Made by a program: the position numbers and the translations under genes
Virus record (IMG/VR): IMGVR_UViG_3300034175_000060
Coordinates: 1-64,000 of that record
Source: a virus
Strand: one strand, 5' to 3'
Length of the DNA stretch: 64,000 nucleotides
The notes under the pieces: generated by a model
Database searches by the model: none
What the model was told of the DNA's origin: nothing
What the model saw: the letters and a program-made list of their open reading frames with translations, nothing else
In this document: piece after piece, positions 27,985 through 37,690 of the stretch
How positions within the stretch are numbered: position 1 is the stretch's first letter
Layout of the letters: every line of letters begins with the position of its first letter

Positions 27985-28436
27985 GTTTTGTACCCCATAA
28001 TGTAAGCTTTAGCTAAACTCGTCATCATGTACGGGCCGACATTACCTGTCCAGTTCCAACCTGTTGCAGCATCTAGTCCACGAGGCCAACCTACTTTATC
28101 GGCCCTGTAGGCGTAGCTTACGTTATTCGCCAGAGTAACTGTATTGTCATTTCCCCAAAAAGGGTTCTGAGCAAGCATAGCGTCAATCCGCCCAATACTT
28201 GCAGAACCAGAATGGTCTTGTGTAGAGTCAATAGCTTTACTTGGGGATTTTCCGATAGAAGGGAACCAATTATTAATCAAGGTTCCTTGGGAGTAGTAAG
28301 CTTCAGGAGTGCTGTTCTTACTTGGGGAGTAGTCTACATGCTTTACAAAATATTCTCGTACTATTTTATTCGTACTAGAAGAAGCTTGTATTGTTGCCTT
28401 TGTGGCGAACTTACTTATTCCGTGTGAAAGAGACAT
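27981..28436 (-). CDS. tail completion / neck protein (HK97 gp10-like)
   Basis: GTLINNWFPSIG...LANNVSYA....GW; gene position. Confidence 0.65.
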   Translation of the reverse strand: MSLSHGISKFATKATIQASSSTNKIVREYFVKHVDYSPSKNSTPEAYYSQGTLINNWFPSIGKSPSKAIDSTQDHSGSASIGRIDAMLAQNPFWGNDNTVTLANNVSYAYRADKVGWPRGLDAATGWNWTGNVGPYMMTSLAKAYIMGYKT

Positions 28437-28458
28437 ATGCTCCTTTCTTATAGAGAGT

Positions 28459-28486
28459 ATTATACACCATATTTGTCCACTGTCAA
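28459..28486 (-). promoter_or_regulatory. conserved structural-gene promoter (copy 1)
   Basis: TTGACA-GTGGACAAATATGGTG-TATAAT. Confidence 0.75.
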
Positions 28487-28490
28487 TAGC

Positions 28491-28889
28491 TTAGCGGCGC
28501 AACATAAAGTTATATAACAGGGGCGCATTCATCTGAGGATTGGCCTCTTTCATGACTACAATTTTGTACGTTACGCCTGCTACGGTGATACGATCACTTG
28601 TTGGATTAGGTACGAGCAGAGGAGCAAGAACATCGGCCTTATTTGTGGGATACATATAGCAATCTTTATCGCCTTGCAGGATGTCAGTGCCAAACTTTGA
28701 AGACTGCCCATTCACCATTCTGTCAAAATCTAGGAAGATTAATTGCACAGGAATTTGAGTCTCAGAGGTTGTACTCTCTCCGGTTGTGGTGTCATACACA
28801 GGAGTGCCATATTGGATGTAAGTTCCGAATAGAGCGTCATCGTTAAAGAACTCCCGGATCATATTGTCGAATTCGGAAGCTGCGCTCAT
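28491..28889 (-). CDS. head closure / head-tail joining protein
   Basis: YDTTTGE, ILQGDK, PTSDRI.V.G.TYKIV, ends LRR. Confidence 0.7.
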   Translation of the reverse strand: MSAASEFDNMIREFFNDDALFGTYIQYGTPVYDTTTGESTTSETQIPVQLIFLDFDRMVNGQSSKFGTDILQGDKDCYMYPTNKADVLAPLLVPNPTSDRITVAGVTYKIVVMKEANPQMNAPLLYNFMLRR

Positions 28890-29365
28890 GGCACTTCCCA
28901 GCCTGCGGAATTACTTCCCAAAGGCCCGTAACGCGAACCGTCATTAGGTCCGATGTCCGCTGCAACAGCCATGGCTTGACTCTGAGTTCCATTATAATAA
29001 CAACGGTTCCAGTCGGAGACAAACTCTTCCAACATATCTCGTTGAGTGGTATCGAGGCTTTGATAAGGAATTGGAGAATAATCGACAAAAGCAGGATTGT
29101 TGACAGCTAGCATCAAGAAATCCCTGTAATGCGCGTAAGCTTGCGATCCTTTGACCTCTAATTGAAGTCCCATCCTACGGTCTGTCTTTTGTGACAAAAT
29201 ACCTAGAATGTAGTACGCACATGTTTTAGCAGCAGCGTTCAAGTTGTCATTACTATCAATAAGTGCTTGCAGGTAAACGCTGTCAGGTAGGTGGGAGATA
29301 TCTCCAAAATCTGCTACCCTAAGTCGCAGTTTACCTAAATTTGTGGTGGGGTCAATAAGTGCCAT
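28886..29365 (-). CDS. head-tail adaptor protein
   Basis: GKLRLRVADF...LPDSVY; lies after the capsid gene. Confidence 0.7.
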   Translation of the reverse strand: MALIDPTTNLGKLRLRVADFGDISHLPDSVYLQALIDSNDNLNAAAKTCAYYILGILSQKTDRRMGLQLEVKGSQAYAHYRDFLMLAVNNPAFVDYSPIPYQSLDTTQRDMLEEFVSDWNRCYYNGTQSQAMAVAADIGPNDGSRYGPLGSNSAGWEVP

Positions 29366-29377
29366 TAATTCTCCTTG

Positions 29378-30055
29378 TTACCACATATCAGACCAGTGGC
29401 GATTACCTTTAGAAATGTTAGACAATCTGTCTATAACTCTGAGATTGCTTGAACAGTGAAGCCCGCAAACCTTCTCTGAAATTAACGGAACAATATGATC
29501 TACGTTATATTTTACACCTGTTACTTCTGACCTGACGCGTGACAAGTGGTATATCTCATCCACAAAGAATTGGTCGTCAACGCAATTCGCCCACGCCGGA
29601 ATAGCCCGCTTCTTAGAAGCCTGCCTTCTTGTCTGGTATTGCGTCAGGCTATGCCTGTTGGCCTGCCGCCAAGATTTGTTAACCTCGGCAATACGCTCTT
29701 TATTTATCTCCCGATATTTAATGCCGGAGGTTCTTATAGATTCTCTATTTTGTTTGTGGTAATCAAGAATATAATCTTTATTAATGTAATAATAGTTATT
29801 CGCGTACTCTAGGCGAACCTCTCGGTTAGCTTCGTAATTTAAATTGTTTGCTAATCTGATTTTGTCCCTGTTTGCAGCAGAGTATTCTCGCTGACGAGCA
29901 ACTGTATCTTCTCTAAATTGTGGGTCGGTCGCGTATTTAAGCTTCTTCTGCTTATTGCAACATACTTTGCAAGTATTTACACGGCTGTCTCTATTCTTGG
30001 CAAATTCTTCCAATTTTTTGTCAACACCACAAACTTTACAGACTTTCGATTCCAT
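29378..30055 (-). CDS. HNH homing endonuclease
   Basis: CKVC...CKVC Zn finger, PAWAN, VDHIVPL..KVCGLHC..NLRVI...NISKGN. Confidence 0.85.
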   Translation of the reverse strand: MESKVCKVCGVDKKLEEFAKNRDSRVNTCKVCCNKQKKLKYATDPQFREDTVARQREYSAANRDKIRLANNLNYEANREVRLEYANNYYYINKDYILDYHKQNRESIRTSGIKYREINKERIAEVNKSWRQANRHSLTQYQTRRQASKKRAIPAWANCVDDQFFVDEIYHLSRVRSEVTGVKYNVDHIVPLISEKVCGLHCSSNLRVIDRLSNISKGNRHWSDMW

Positions 30056-30145
30056 AATTCTCCTTATGAGTACAATCTCCCATTATACATGAAGAGATTG
30101 TACAAGTAAAGAGGCTAGTAGTTATCTAGCTATCTTAATTTATAA

Positions 30146-31186
30146 TTACACACCAGTGCTGCTGAACAGACGCACAACTGCCTGAGGGCGCAGCAACGCA
30201 CTGATGTGATTGCTCTCGGTTTCGATGTCAATCTTAGTACCATTCTGTGCGGCTTGTTCGAATGCGTACATTTTCTCGCCTTGAGTATTCACCAGACCAA
30301 AACGTTCTGCTGGAGCAAAGTAAGTTTTGAAGGTATCGGAACCTTGTGGAACCGCAACGCCTTCGTTCGCGGTAACAATCTTCGAACCGTTGTACGAGTC
30401 ACGCACTTCACGGAAAGTGATACCACCGTAGTAGAACTCACGGCCACGTGGCATTGGGCTACCACCAGCAGCAAGGCGGCCGCGCATTGGATCAAAACCA
30501 GCGGCAGTGTTTTGCGAATACTGATAAGCTGCGATAACTGAAGGATGCTTAATCAGTGCATTGAAGAAGCCAGTATCAACAGGTGCGATAATACCGTCAA
30601 ACGCTCCATTGCCGCCCATACCATCTTGTACAAACTGAATCACCAGTTCAATCGATGCCAGAACCTGCGAAGTCGAACTACCGAACAGGAAGTCCACTGC
30701 GTTACGGGTCACAGAAAATTCAGAGTTCCAGTCTTGCACCACAGTACCGTTAGGTGCATATGCAGTACCTGAGAACAGAGCTTGTGCGCGTGCTTTATTC
30801 AGAGTCCAATCGTGGTTCTGACGCATGCGATCCAGCTTGCGCATACGGACAGCATCCAGTTGCTCAACTTCATTGAAGCTGTCATAAGCCGATTTGTTTT
30901 GCAAATCTTTTGGCGAGATATGGTCATCCAGCGGGAAGTGTGGCACAGCAAAGGTGTGCAGCTTACGCTGGCCGTCTTTGTTAACCAGATTCTTTTCACC
31001 ACGGACGCGATCCAGAATCAGCGCACCGTCAACGGTAGTTTCTTCAAACATCACGGTATCGGAAGCAACGCCTTCTTCGGTAAAGATGCCCAGTTGGTTA
31101 AAAGTACCCCACTGGATAGGCATGTTGCGGACTGCGGACGTAAGGTCAACTACGTCAAAATTATTAAGGGGGCTACGAACCAGCAT
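30146..31186 (-). CDS. major capsid protein (lambda gpE-like)
   Basis: 346 aa; VPHFPLDD.I.PKDLQN, TYFAPA, ETESN...RPQAVV. Confidence 0.92.
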   Translation of the reverse strand: MLVRSPLNNFDVVDLTSAVRNMPIQWGTFNQLGIFTEEGVASDTVMFEETTVDGALILDRVRGEKNLVNKDGQRKLHTFAVPHFPLDDHISPKDLQNKSAYDSFNEVEQLDAVRMRKLDRMRQNHDWTLNKARAQALFSGTAYAPNGTVVQDWNSEFSVTRNAVDFLFGSSTSQVLASIELVIQFVQDGMGGNGAFDGIIAPVDTGFFNALIKHPSVIAAYQYSQNTAAGFDPMRGRLAAGGSPMPRGREFYYGGITFREVRDSYNGSKIVTANEGVAVPQGSDTFKTYFAPAERFGLVNTQGEKMYAFEQAAQNGTKIDIETESNHISALLRPQAVVRLFSSTGV

Positions 31187-31250
31187 ATTTATTTCCTTTA
31201 ATTGTCAGAGAGAGCGCCCCTTTCGGGGCTTGTGTTGTCAAAGACAACTA

Positions 31251-31670
31251 TTAGATTTGAGTCAGAACGTCGATACCGGAATTGGTAGTCAGAGCAGCCA
31301 TGGCGGTGTTACGGACAGCACCAGCGGTAACGCTTGCACCGAACGTCAGAGCTTGGTCAGCGACGCCGCATGGGCCGCGATATACAACCAGAAACTTCGT
31401 GTCCGTGGTGGCAGGAACAACAGTCGAAACAGGGCGACCAAAAGCGTCACCAACGACTACGACTGAAGGGTTTTGTGAACCATCTGTAGCAGAGGTTTCC
31501 GTCAGTTTATACTTACCAGTGGCAGTTACCAGACCCAGAACTGAGCCGATTGGCAGAGTAGCAGCCGGACCATTCAAGGTAATAACTTTTTTGCAGTAGC
31601 CCCACTCTGGTTCGTGTTCCCGTTTGATAAGAGCAGAGTAGTGCATAGTTTCAGTAGCAATAATTGCCAT
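31251..31670 (-). CDS. head decoration protein (lambda gpD-like)
   Basis: IGSVLGLVTATGKYK....ATDGSQ; directly upstream of the capsid gene. Confidence 0.85.
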   Translation of the reverse strand: MAIIATETMHYSALIKREHEPEWGYCKKVITLNGPAATLPIGSVLGLVTATGKYKLTETSATDGSQNPSVVVVGDAFGRPVSTVVPATTDTKFLVVYRGPCGVADQALTFGASVTAGAVRNTAMAALTTNSGIDVLTQI

Positions 31671-31688
31671 AATATTTCCTTTGTGTTT

Positions 31689-32369
31689 TTAAATTGGCGA
31701 AATGCCGGATTGAATCGACTTATCCCCAGAAGCATCTGGTGTAAGCTTACCGCTGAAAATAAGCCATTCTGTATCCTCGTTTGGATTCCAGCCTGCCTTA
31801 ATCTTTTTGAACATGGTAGATAGCTGATCTTTAGTTACACCGAGAGCAGTAGCTGCCTTGCTATAACCGTGAGTGGGGTTCTCAACAAAATACTTGTAAA
31901 CTTCGTCTGCCATCTTCCAAACACTCTTGTTGGAGAACTGGCACAACCACGCAACTTTTTTAGAATTAGTCTTCGCAGAGTTATCTAAAGCCGCTTGATT
32001 AGGTTTTCGACCTTGGGCTTTAGCGATAAAACTTAATTTTTGACGAGTGTCTTCTGATAACTTTGAACCTAATCTATTACAATTACCGCCAGCATCACAG
32101 TTATAGCCTATCCGAGGTGTTGGACGTAGTTTGTTTTCTAACTCGTAACAATATTTAACATCTGCAAGAATAACTTCTTCAATAATTAACAGTTCACCGT
32201 ATTTTCTAATAGCATTGTGTATTGGTAATTTACTACCTCCTCGTGCTTTAGATTGGTGTTCTTTAAATCGGTGAACAGCGCCTTTTGCTGCTACACCAAT
32301 ATATCCTTGTGAGAACATATCAGTGTGCTCCGGGAGGTGTATCCAGTAGACACAACTCTTACTTAGCAT
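31689..32369 (-). CDS. GIY-YIG homing endonuclease (NUMOD3-like linker)
   Basis: VYWIH...GYIGV....RF.EH...AIRKYG...E....GYN...GG; LSEDTRQKLS. Confidence 0.8.
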   Translation of the reverse strand: MLSKSCVYWIHLPEHTDMFSQGYIGVAAKGAVHRFKEHQSKARGGSKLPIHNAIRKYGELLIIEEVILADVKYCYELENKLRPTPRIGYNCDAGGNCNRLGSKLSEDTRQKLSFIAKAQGRKPNQAALDNSAKTNSKKVAWLCQFSNKSVWKMADEVYKYFVENPTHGYSKAATALGVTKDQLSTMFKKIKAGWNPNEDTEWLIFSGKLTPDASGDKSIQSGISPI

Positions 32370-32898
32370 CTGCACTCTTGTATTGAGCAGCAAATTTTGC
32401 TGCGAGGCGGGTTGCAGTATCGGCTTCGTCTACAGGTGTTTCCACCGTCGCAGCTACGCCTTTTTCTTGGAACATTTCTGATTTACTTTCAGCTTCACGG
32501 TTGACAGCAAATGCACTCAACACAGTATTGAAAGTGGTGTCATCGGCACCTTCCAGCGATGCCAGAACAGGAGCAGCGCCAATAGTACCCAGCACAGCTT
32601 CCAGTTTTTCTTTACGAGCAGCAATCACAACAGCTTTAGCTTGTGCAGCGAATTCAGCTTGAGCCGTTTCCGATGCAGCCAGTGCGGCGGACATTTTCTC
32701 AACTTGTGCAGCCATAGCTACAAAAGCGTCTTCTTTGGTTGCCAGAGCGGCTGTAGCCTGTTCGAGACTAGCAGTAAGCTCTGCAATAGTTGCGGCAGTT
32801 GCTAGTGCAGTCGCCTCAGTGGTTTCAGTCATTTCGACTTCCTCTTGAATAGCAGCTTGCACTGCTGGTTTAAAATACTTCTGAAGATGTTTAAGCAT
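32359..32898 (-). CDS. capsid scaffolding protein
   Basis: Ala/Glu-rich coiled coil between protease and decoration genes. Confidence 0.75.
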   Translation of the reverse strand: MLKHLQKYFKPAVQAAIQEEVEMTETTEATALATAATIAELTASLEQATAALATKEDAFVAMAAQVEKMSAALAASETAQAEFAAQAKAVVIAARKEKLEAVLGTIGAAPVLASLEGADDTTFNTVLSAFAVNREAESKSEMFQEKGVAATVETPVDEADTATRLAAKFAAQYKSADAK

Positions 32899-33736
32899 TC
32901 TTCTGTCCTTTTTGTTGTGCCAGATAAGCAGCAAATTGTTTATGATCCATTACACCATTAGCCAGCCCAACTTCTACAGCTTTCGTGGCACTAAACATCT
33001 TCGCATCCATTGCTAAAATAGTCTCTTTAGGGATGCCTGTGAATTTAGTTACATGCTCTGCAAATTGATCGCCGAGGTTGGTGACTTCTTCTTGCAGAGT
33101 TTTAAGGAAGTTTTCAGAGAAACTTCCGTCTGGATTGAAAGCAGTTTTGCCGGGTGTGCTGCTGATATAGATTGGCTTGATACCTGCATCTGCCAGAGCT
33201 TTACTTTGATCTACGACACAACAGACACAACCTACAGAACCCGTTGTAGCGGATGGGTGGATGTAAACTTCATCAGCAATAACACTCAGCGCCAGAGCAG
33301 CGCTTGCGGCCATCTCATCTATATAGCTAATCAGTTTTACGTTGTTGTCATCTGCTATATCGCGCAGTTCTTGGCAAGTAGTGAAGCAATGAGCGGCAGC
33401 GCCGCCCGGTGAGCTAAACGTCATGAGGATAGTGTCTACGCCCTCATCAATAAGCTCTTGTGCTTGCTCTAGGATACCTGTGTAGGAAGTTCCTGACGGA
33501 CCGCACAAACCCTCAACAGGTTTGTATGAGATTGCACCATCAATACAGATTTCACCAATACCACCAACTTGTTCTAGCTTCTTCTTTGTGTCTGCTGATT
33601 TGGTATCAGGGACAAAAGAAAAGCTTGCAGAGTTCCGTTCTTTCAGGTATTCTACGATTGGCTTAAGTGCAGTAGCTGTGATAAGCTGAGGGGAGTTGTA
33701 TATCGAATCAAGGAGACGATGGAGTTTGTGTGACAA
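32891..33736 (-). CDS. prohead maturation protease (S49 family)
   Basis: SSPGG, MAASAALAL, TGSVG motifs. Confidence 0.88.
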   Translation of the reverse strand: MSHKLHRLLDSIYNSPQLITATALKPIVEYLKERNSASFSFVPDTKSADTKKKLEQVGGIGEICIDGAISYKPVEGLCGPSGTSYTGILEQAQELIDEGVDTILMTFSSPGGAAAHCFTTCQELRDIADDNNVKLISYIDEMAASAALALSVIADEVYIHPSATTGSVGCVCCVVDQSKALADAGIKPIYISSTPGKTAFNPDGSFSENFLKTLQEEVTNLGDQFAEHVTKFTGIPKETILAMDAKMFSATKAVEVGLANGVMDHKQFAAYLAQQKGQKNA

Positions 33737-33746
33737 TTGTATCTCC

Positions 33747-35246
33747 TTACTTATTGTTTACGTTTGCGGCAGAAGCATCACCTTTGCCCATAGGGCTTTT
33801 AGATGTTCCTTCCCCTGCTGTTTGCATACCTTCACCAGCGTTAGACTCAACACCTGCCATTGCGGTAGAAAGTTCTTCTTTATCCACAGGCTTGTCATCT
33901 GGAAGTTCAGCAACACCGAATGCGCGGCGAATACGGTTCATTACAGGTCGGTCCATCTCAATACCTCCGACACTGAAGATTTGTTGCACAGCTTTTGCGA
34001 ATTCTGACAAATTAATGTCTTCGATATCCTCATAGACAAACTTAGCCATGTTTTCTTGTGACCAACCATTTGCGCTGTAAATAGACGACATCAAGTCTTC
34101 GTTAAGAACTGTTGCAATTTCACGCAAGCGGTAATCAATAGCCAGTGTGAGGATAGAAGTTTTACTTTCAGCTAAACTGAAACTACCTCCGCCATCGGCA
34201 CCCATCTTAAGAACGTCTACACTCAGCGCTGAAAGAACATCCGATTGCAAACGTTTGATGATGTTCTCTACGTCATACTTAGCACTACCTTTAGCTTCCA
34301 TCAAGTCATACGTAAACAAAGGATTTTTACCTTCGTCGTACATTCCGGGAACTAGTAGACCGCGCTGAGTACCAGCATTGTAGTTATCAATAATTTGTTG
34401 GAAAGCAGCTACCGTAGCTTTGTCAGCATCACTGCCAGCAGGATCAAGGTACTTTGGAGGTATGGTAATCTTCAAGATTCCTTGGACATCTTTAGAGATA
34501 CCAATCAGTTCACTTTCTTGAAGAAGACTTAATGTCTTGACAGCCAAGTAAATTGACTTGTATAATGAGTTACCTTGGGGATTACCTTTATTGCCAGATG
34601 CTGTGAACAAGAGGAACTTCTCACGGTCAATTGGCACTAGTCCAGTTTTTTCATCCTTACGGCTTGCGTAACGATAACTGTTTTCGACGTTTGAAATGTT
34701 TTGTTGTACACCCAACAGATTTGATCCAGAATCATCAAATATCCATTTTTCAATAGTATCTTGATTCCGTGGAGCTAACTTCTTAATACCGACAAGGCCA
34801 TCATTGTACTTGGAGCCATTGCGGAATAACCTTCGACGCAACACCTTCTCATGAATACCAAAACCGTACTCAAGGTACGGGACAACTTCTTCAATAAAAC
34901 CCTTCCAACTACCTTCCATGTCGTCTGTCATAGTACTAACAAGACGTGCACGTTCTTTCTCAATGTCACTAGCATCTTTAGGGGGTTCAACCCGCCAATT
35001 AACACGAGAAATCATCATGCGGTAAACATTCATAGCCCCACCAACTGTAGGGTTATTTCTTACTTCGTTTACTGTGCGGATAAAAGCGGGGTATTGAAAA
35101 GCTGCGTTAGCTTCTGCATAGATTTGCCCGTTACGAGACTTAAGGCCGACAAAGCCTTGTTCCGTAAGAGAAATTCGTGGTATAGTAATGTCTTTGTCGG
35201 GGGAAGCTGCGGAATTTTCGCCAGATGGCGTATTTGTATCAGCCAT
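33747..35246 (-). CDS. portal protein
   Basis: 499 aa after terminase; YLEYGF..HEKV, NPQGNSL, GSFSLAESK. Confidence 0.88.
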   Translation of the reverse strand: MADTNTPSGENSAASPDKDITIPRISLTEQGFVGLKSRNGQIYAEANAAFQYPAFIRTVNEVRNNPTVGGAMNVYRMMISRVNWRVEPPKDASDIEKERARLVSTMTDDMEGSWKGFIEEVVPYLEYGFGIHEKVLRRRLFRNGSKYNDGLVGIKKLAPRNQDTIEKWIFDDSGSNLLGVQQNISNVENSYRYASRKDEKTGLVPIDREKFLLFTASGNKGNPQGNSLYKSIYLAVKTLSLLQESELIGISKDVQGILKITIPPKYLDPAGSDADKATVAAFQQIIDNYNAGTQRGLLVPGMYDEGKNPLFTYDLMEAKGSAKYDVENIIKRLQSDVLSALSVDVLKMGADGGGSFSLAESKTSILTLAIDYRLREIATVLNEDLMSSIYSANGWSQENMAKFVYEDIEDINLSEFAKAVQQIFSVGGIEMDRPVMNRIRRAFGVAELPDDKPVDKEELSTAMAGVESNAGEGMQTAGEGTSKSPMGKGDASAANVNNK

Positions 35247-35276
35247 AGTGGGCGCTCTCCTTCGTATTTAGAGGTT

Positions 35277-35304
35277 ATTATACACCAGATTTGTCTCTTG
35301 TCAA
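35277..35304 (-). promoter_or_regulatory. conserved structural-gene promoter (copy 2)
   Basis: TTGACA-AGAGACAAATCTGGTG-TATAAT upstream of the portal gene. Confidence 0.8.
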
Positions 35305-35348
35305 TAGGTAATATGTATAAAGACCGTTGTAAGTGTATAATAACGTTA

Positions 35349-36869
35349 TTAGATTGTCGGGACTGGCGACTTCATAACCAGACTTGGAATGCTAAATGTT
35401 GGGATAGTGACAGAGCGACAGAGATGATTAAACGCATCTGAGCAACTATCGACCATGTCATCTTTTTGATTTTTCTGTATTTTCATATCAGAAGTGAAAT
35501 TCTCAAGTTCTCGGAAGAAGTCGTCATTCCAATCACCCCTAACCACTTTAACCGCACCAGCTTCCGCCATCGAACAAAAAGGCAAGAATCGAGTTAGTTT
35601 AGCTTTTCCTGCCGTTGTGGGGGCAGTTTTAACAGGCACGCCATTTTCAGCAAGAGTGGTTTTAAAGAAATAAACTGCCGTCTTCCCACTGGCAGCAGGA
35701 TCAAGAGGAATGACAACTTGACAACTTTCTACGTCATCTTCATGCGCAGTTTTTGCTACAAGCTTCAAAACTTGGTCAGTTGTTACTTGTGCACGAATAA
35801 CATCTTCTATGTAGTATGTACCAAATTTATCTCTACTAACCTTTACACCAGCGGTATGATCCGGGTTATTCGTCTTAGTTTTAGTTTCTGACGCAAAGTC
35901 CCAAGCACGCACTCTGCCAGTTACTTGTGCAGGAGGTATATCTACAATCTCAACCCACTCTCGATTAAAATACATACTTCCGGCTTCTTTAGCTGTCCAC
36001 GATCCGTGTAGGTATTTTAATTGGTTTACGTAGGGTTGCGAAAGGAGACTAGGCAGGTAACTAGTATTCTTAGGTGGTAAGAGGTAAGGATTGTCGAACA
36101 CATTCGTAGGAACGAAACGGAAGCTTTTAGGCATACACAGTCGTGTACGTTCTTCCCGACTGAAAGCATTCATTTGATCTTCAGTCATACCATGCGCGTA
36201 GATAAGACCCTTTTCTCTGCCATATTTCTCGTAACATTCTTCAGGAGTGTCTGCCCACTGAGCTTTATTATCTTCTACCACAAACCAACGGATTTTATTT
36301 TCTGTGCCCTCCATAGGCACACCTGTATCTGGATCGAGAGAATAATCCACCCAAGATTTCAGAAAACTGTTAATATCTGGATTGCAAGTAAGGATCAGTT
36401 GAGGGTGAATCTTTGATCCTACTGTACGCAGGCGAGACTGCAAGAACAACACTTGCTTTTCTGTCCATTTATCAGCAGCTTCATCCACACAAATTCGAGT
36501 TAGCTGACTTCCCTGCCAAGAACCTAAGTCGTCGTCGCACGATATAGCGGAGAAAGAGATAGTAGCTCCGCTGGGGAATTCCCACATCTGTGCTTGCGTT
36601 TTATAGGGGATTTTGGTAAAATCTGAGTACACTTGTTTGGACTCGTCTATTAGCCCGCCAGGTCTCTTGAGTTCTGGGGCGTACCGACGTAAGATAGCAC
36701 AACGAAAATTAGGGTCTCTAATTCCGTCTAAGTTTTTCGTCAACGAAATTCTAGATTTGCCGCCACCCGCCCCTCCACCCATTAATATCACATCAGTAGT
36801 ATTGTCTTGTAATATAATCTGTTGCTTTACACTGCACGGCCCATAAGAGCGTTTAGCCTGCTTAGCCAT
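35349..36869 (-). CDS. terL: terminase large subunit
   Basis: Walker A GGGAGGGKS, Walker B CVDEA, LTCNP, nuclease RAWDFA...KDDMVDS. Confidence 0.95.
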   Translation of the reverse strand: MAKQAKRSYGPCSVKQQIILQDNTTDVILMGGGAGGGKSRISLTKNLDGIRDPNFRCAILRRYAPELKRPGGLIDESKQVYSDFTKIPYKTQAQMWEFPSGATISFSAISCDDDLGSWQGSQLTRICVDEAADKWTEKQVLFLQSRLRTVGSKIHPQLILTCNPDINSFLKSWVDYSLDPDTGVPMEGTENKIRWFVVEDNKAQWADTPEECYEKYGREKGLIYAHGMTEDQMNAFSREERTRLCMPKSFRFVPTNVFDNPYLLPPKNTSYLPSLLSQPYVNQLKYLHGSWTAKEAGSMYFNREWVEIVDIPPAQVTGRVRAWDFASETKTKTNNPDHTAGVKVSRDKFGTYYIEDVIRAQVTTDQVLKLVAKTAHEDDVESCQVVIPLDPAASGKTAVYFFKTTLAENGVPVKTAPTTAGKAKLTRFLPFCSMAEAGAVKVVRGDWNDDFFRELENFTSDMKIQKNQKDDMVDSCSDAFNHLCRSVTIPTFSIPSLVMKSPVPTI

Positions 36870-36889
36870 TATGATCCTTTATCTGAAAC

Positions 36890-36926
36890 AACAAAAACAG
36901 GCTTGCCATTTCTAGCAAAGCCTGTC
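36890..36926 (-). terminator. intrinsic terminator between the tRNA cluster and terL
   Basis: ACAGGCTTTGC...GCAAGCCTGT followed by TTTTGTTGTTT on the - strand. Confidence 0.65.
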
Positions 36927-36937
36927 CATAAATATTC

Positions 36938-37023
36938 TGGCGGAGGAAGTAGGTTCCGCCCCCAAGCCTGTTCCCAAGCTACTAGTTTTCAAGGCTAGTT
37001 CTGCACCTCGGCAGTCATCCTCC
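36938..37023 (-). tRNA. atypical tRNA-Ser(UGA)
   Basis: GGAGGA/TCCTCC acceptor, G73+CCA, CTTGAAA anticodon loop, long variable arm; the T loop lacks TTC. Confidence 0.7.
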
Positions 37024-37181
37024 AGATTTGTAGCTGCCACGCGACCTATGCAGACATACAATGATGAACCTTACTGTCCACCCTCACCACTACTTGCAAA
37101 TCCTTGGCGTATCTTATTGACCAAGAGAACCTGTTTCCAAGTTTCTATGCAGAACAATAAGGGCTGTAACTCGCAAATTCT

Positions 37182-37328
37182 TTACGCCACCTTCAACTCC
37201 AAAGGTGTACTATTAATCTTCTGAATCAACTCATCAACTTTAGAAGCTGCTACAGCTAGCTCCTCTACCAGAGCCTTATACTCTGCAACATTACTCGTCA
37301 CAGTGATTTTAATATTTTCTGCGTTCAT
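37182..37328 (-). CDS. small helical protein (48 aa) inside the tRNA cluster
   Basis: AAGGAG RBS; MNAENIKITVTSNVAEYKALVEEL... Confidence 0.6.
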   Translation of the reverse strand: MNAENIKITVTSNVAEYKALVEELAVAASKVDELIQKINSTPLELKVA

Positions 37329-37514
37329 ATTTTCTCCTTGTTTGTATTACATGAAAACGTTAATAAACTGAACAACTTGCACAGAAACGTGTAAAATTGT
37401 TTCAAAACGTTAAAAATACTATTTGCTTCGTACAAAATACTTCCAGCTTCGCTCAACTCAGATACCCGGAGAGGAGGATTCACACTAAGGAGCGAAGCTG
37501 GAAAGATTCTGATA

Positions 37515-37583
37515 AGCCTCCGTGGGAAATCGAATCCCAAGAACTTCCTTGGAAGGGAAGACCCACACCTTGTGGACGGAGGC
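37515..37583 (-). tRNA. tRNA-Gly(UCC), short D arm, no encoded CCA
   Basis: GCCTCCG/CGGAGGC acceptor, CTTCC-CTTCCAA-GGAAG, TGGGA-TTCGATT-TCCCA. Confidence 0.75.
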
Positions 37584-37690
37584 ACTGATAAATAGTGCCG
37601 GTTACGAATGTCGCTCTTTTATAAGGAGCTTTCCGGCTGAAGTCCTGTACACTCTGAGGAGTCTCGTCGGTTTGAACACTTCACGAATTC

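Noticed and set aside
6965-36846. Many long antisense or overlapping ORFs in the track (e.g. 6965-7606, 10156-10770, 30894-31466, 34851-35441)
   Set aside because: They shadow well-supported genes on the opposite strand and lack RBS or recognisable motifs.
37630-37690. Hammerhead or HDV-like (theta) ribozyme next to the tRNAs
   Set aside because: CTGAGGA is present on the + strand but lacks the GAAA core and proper stems; I could not build an HDV-like double pseudoknot downstream of any tRNA.
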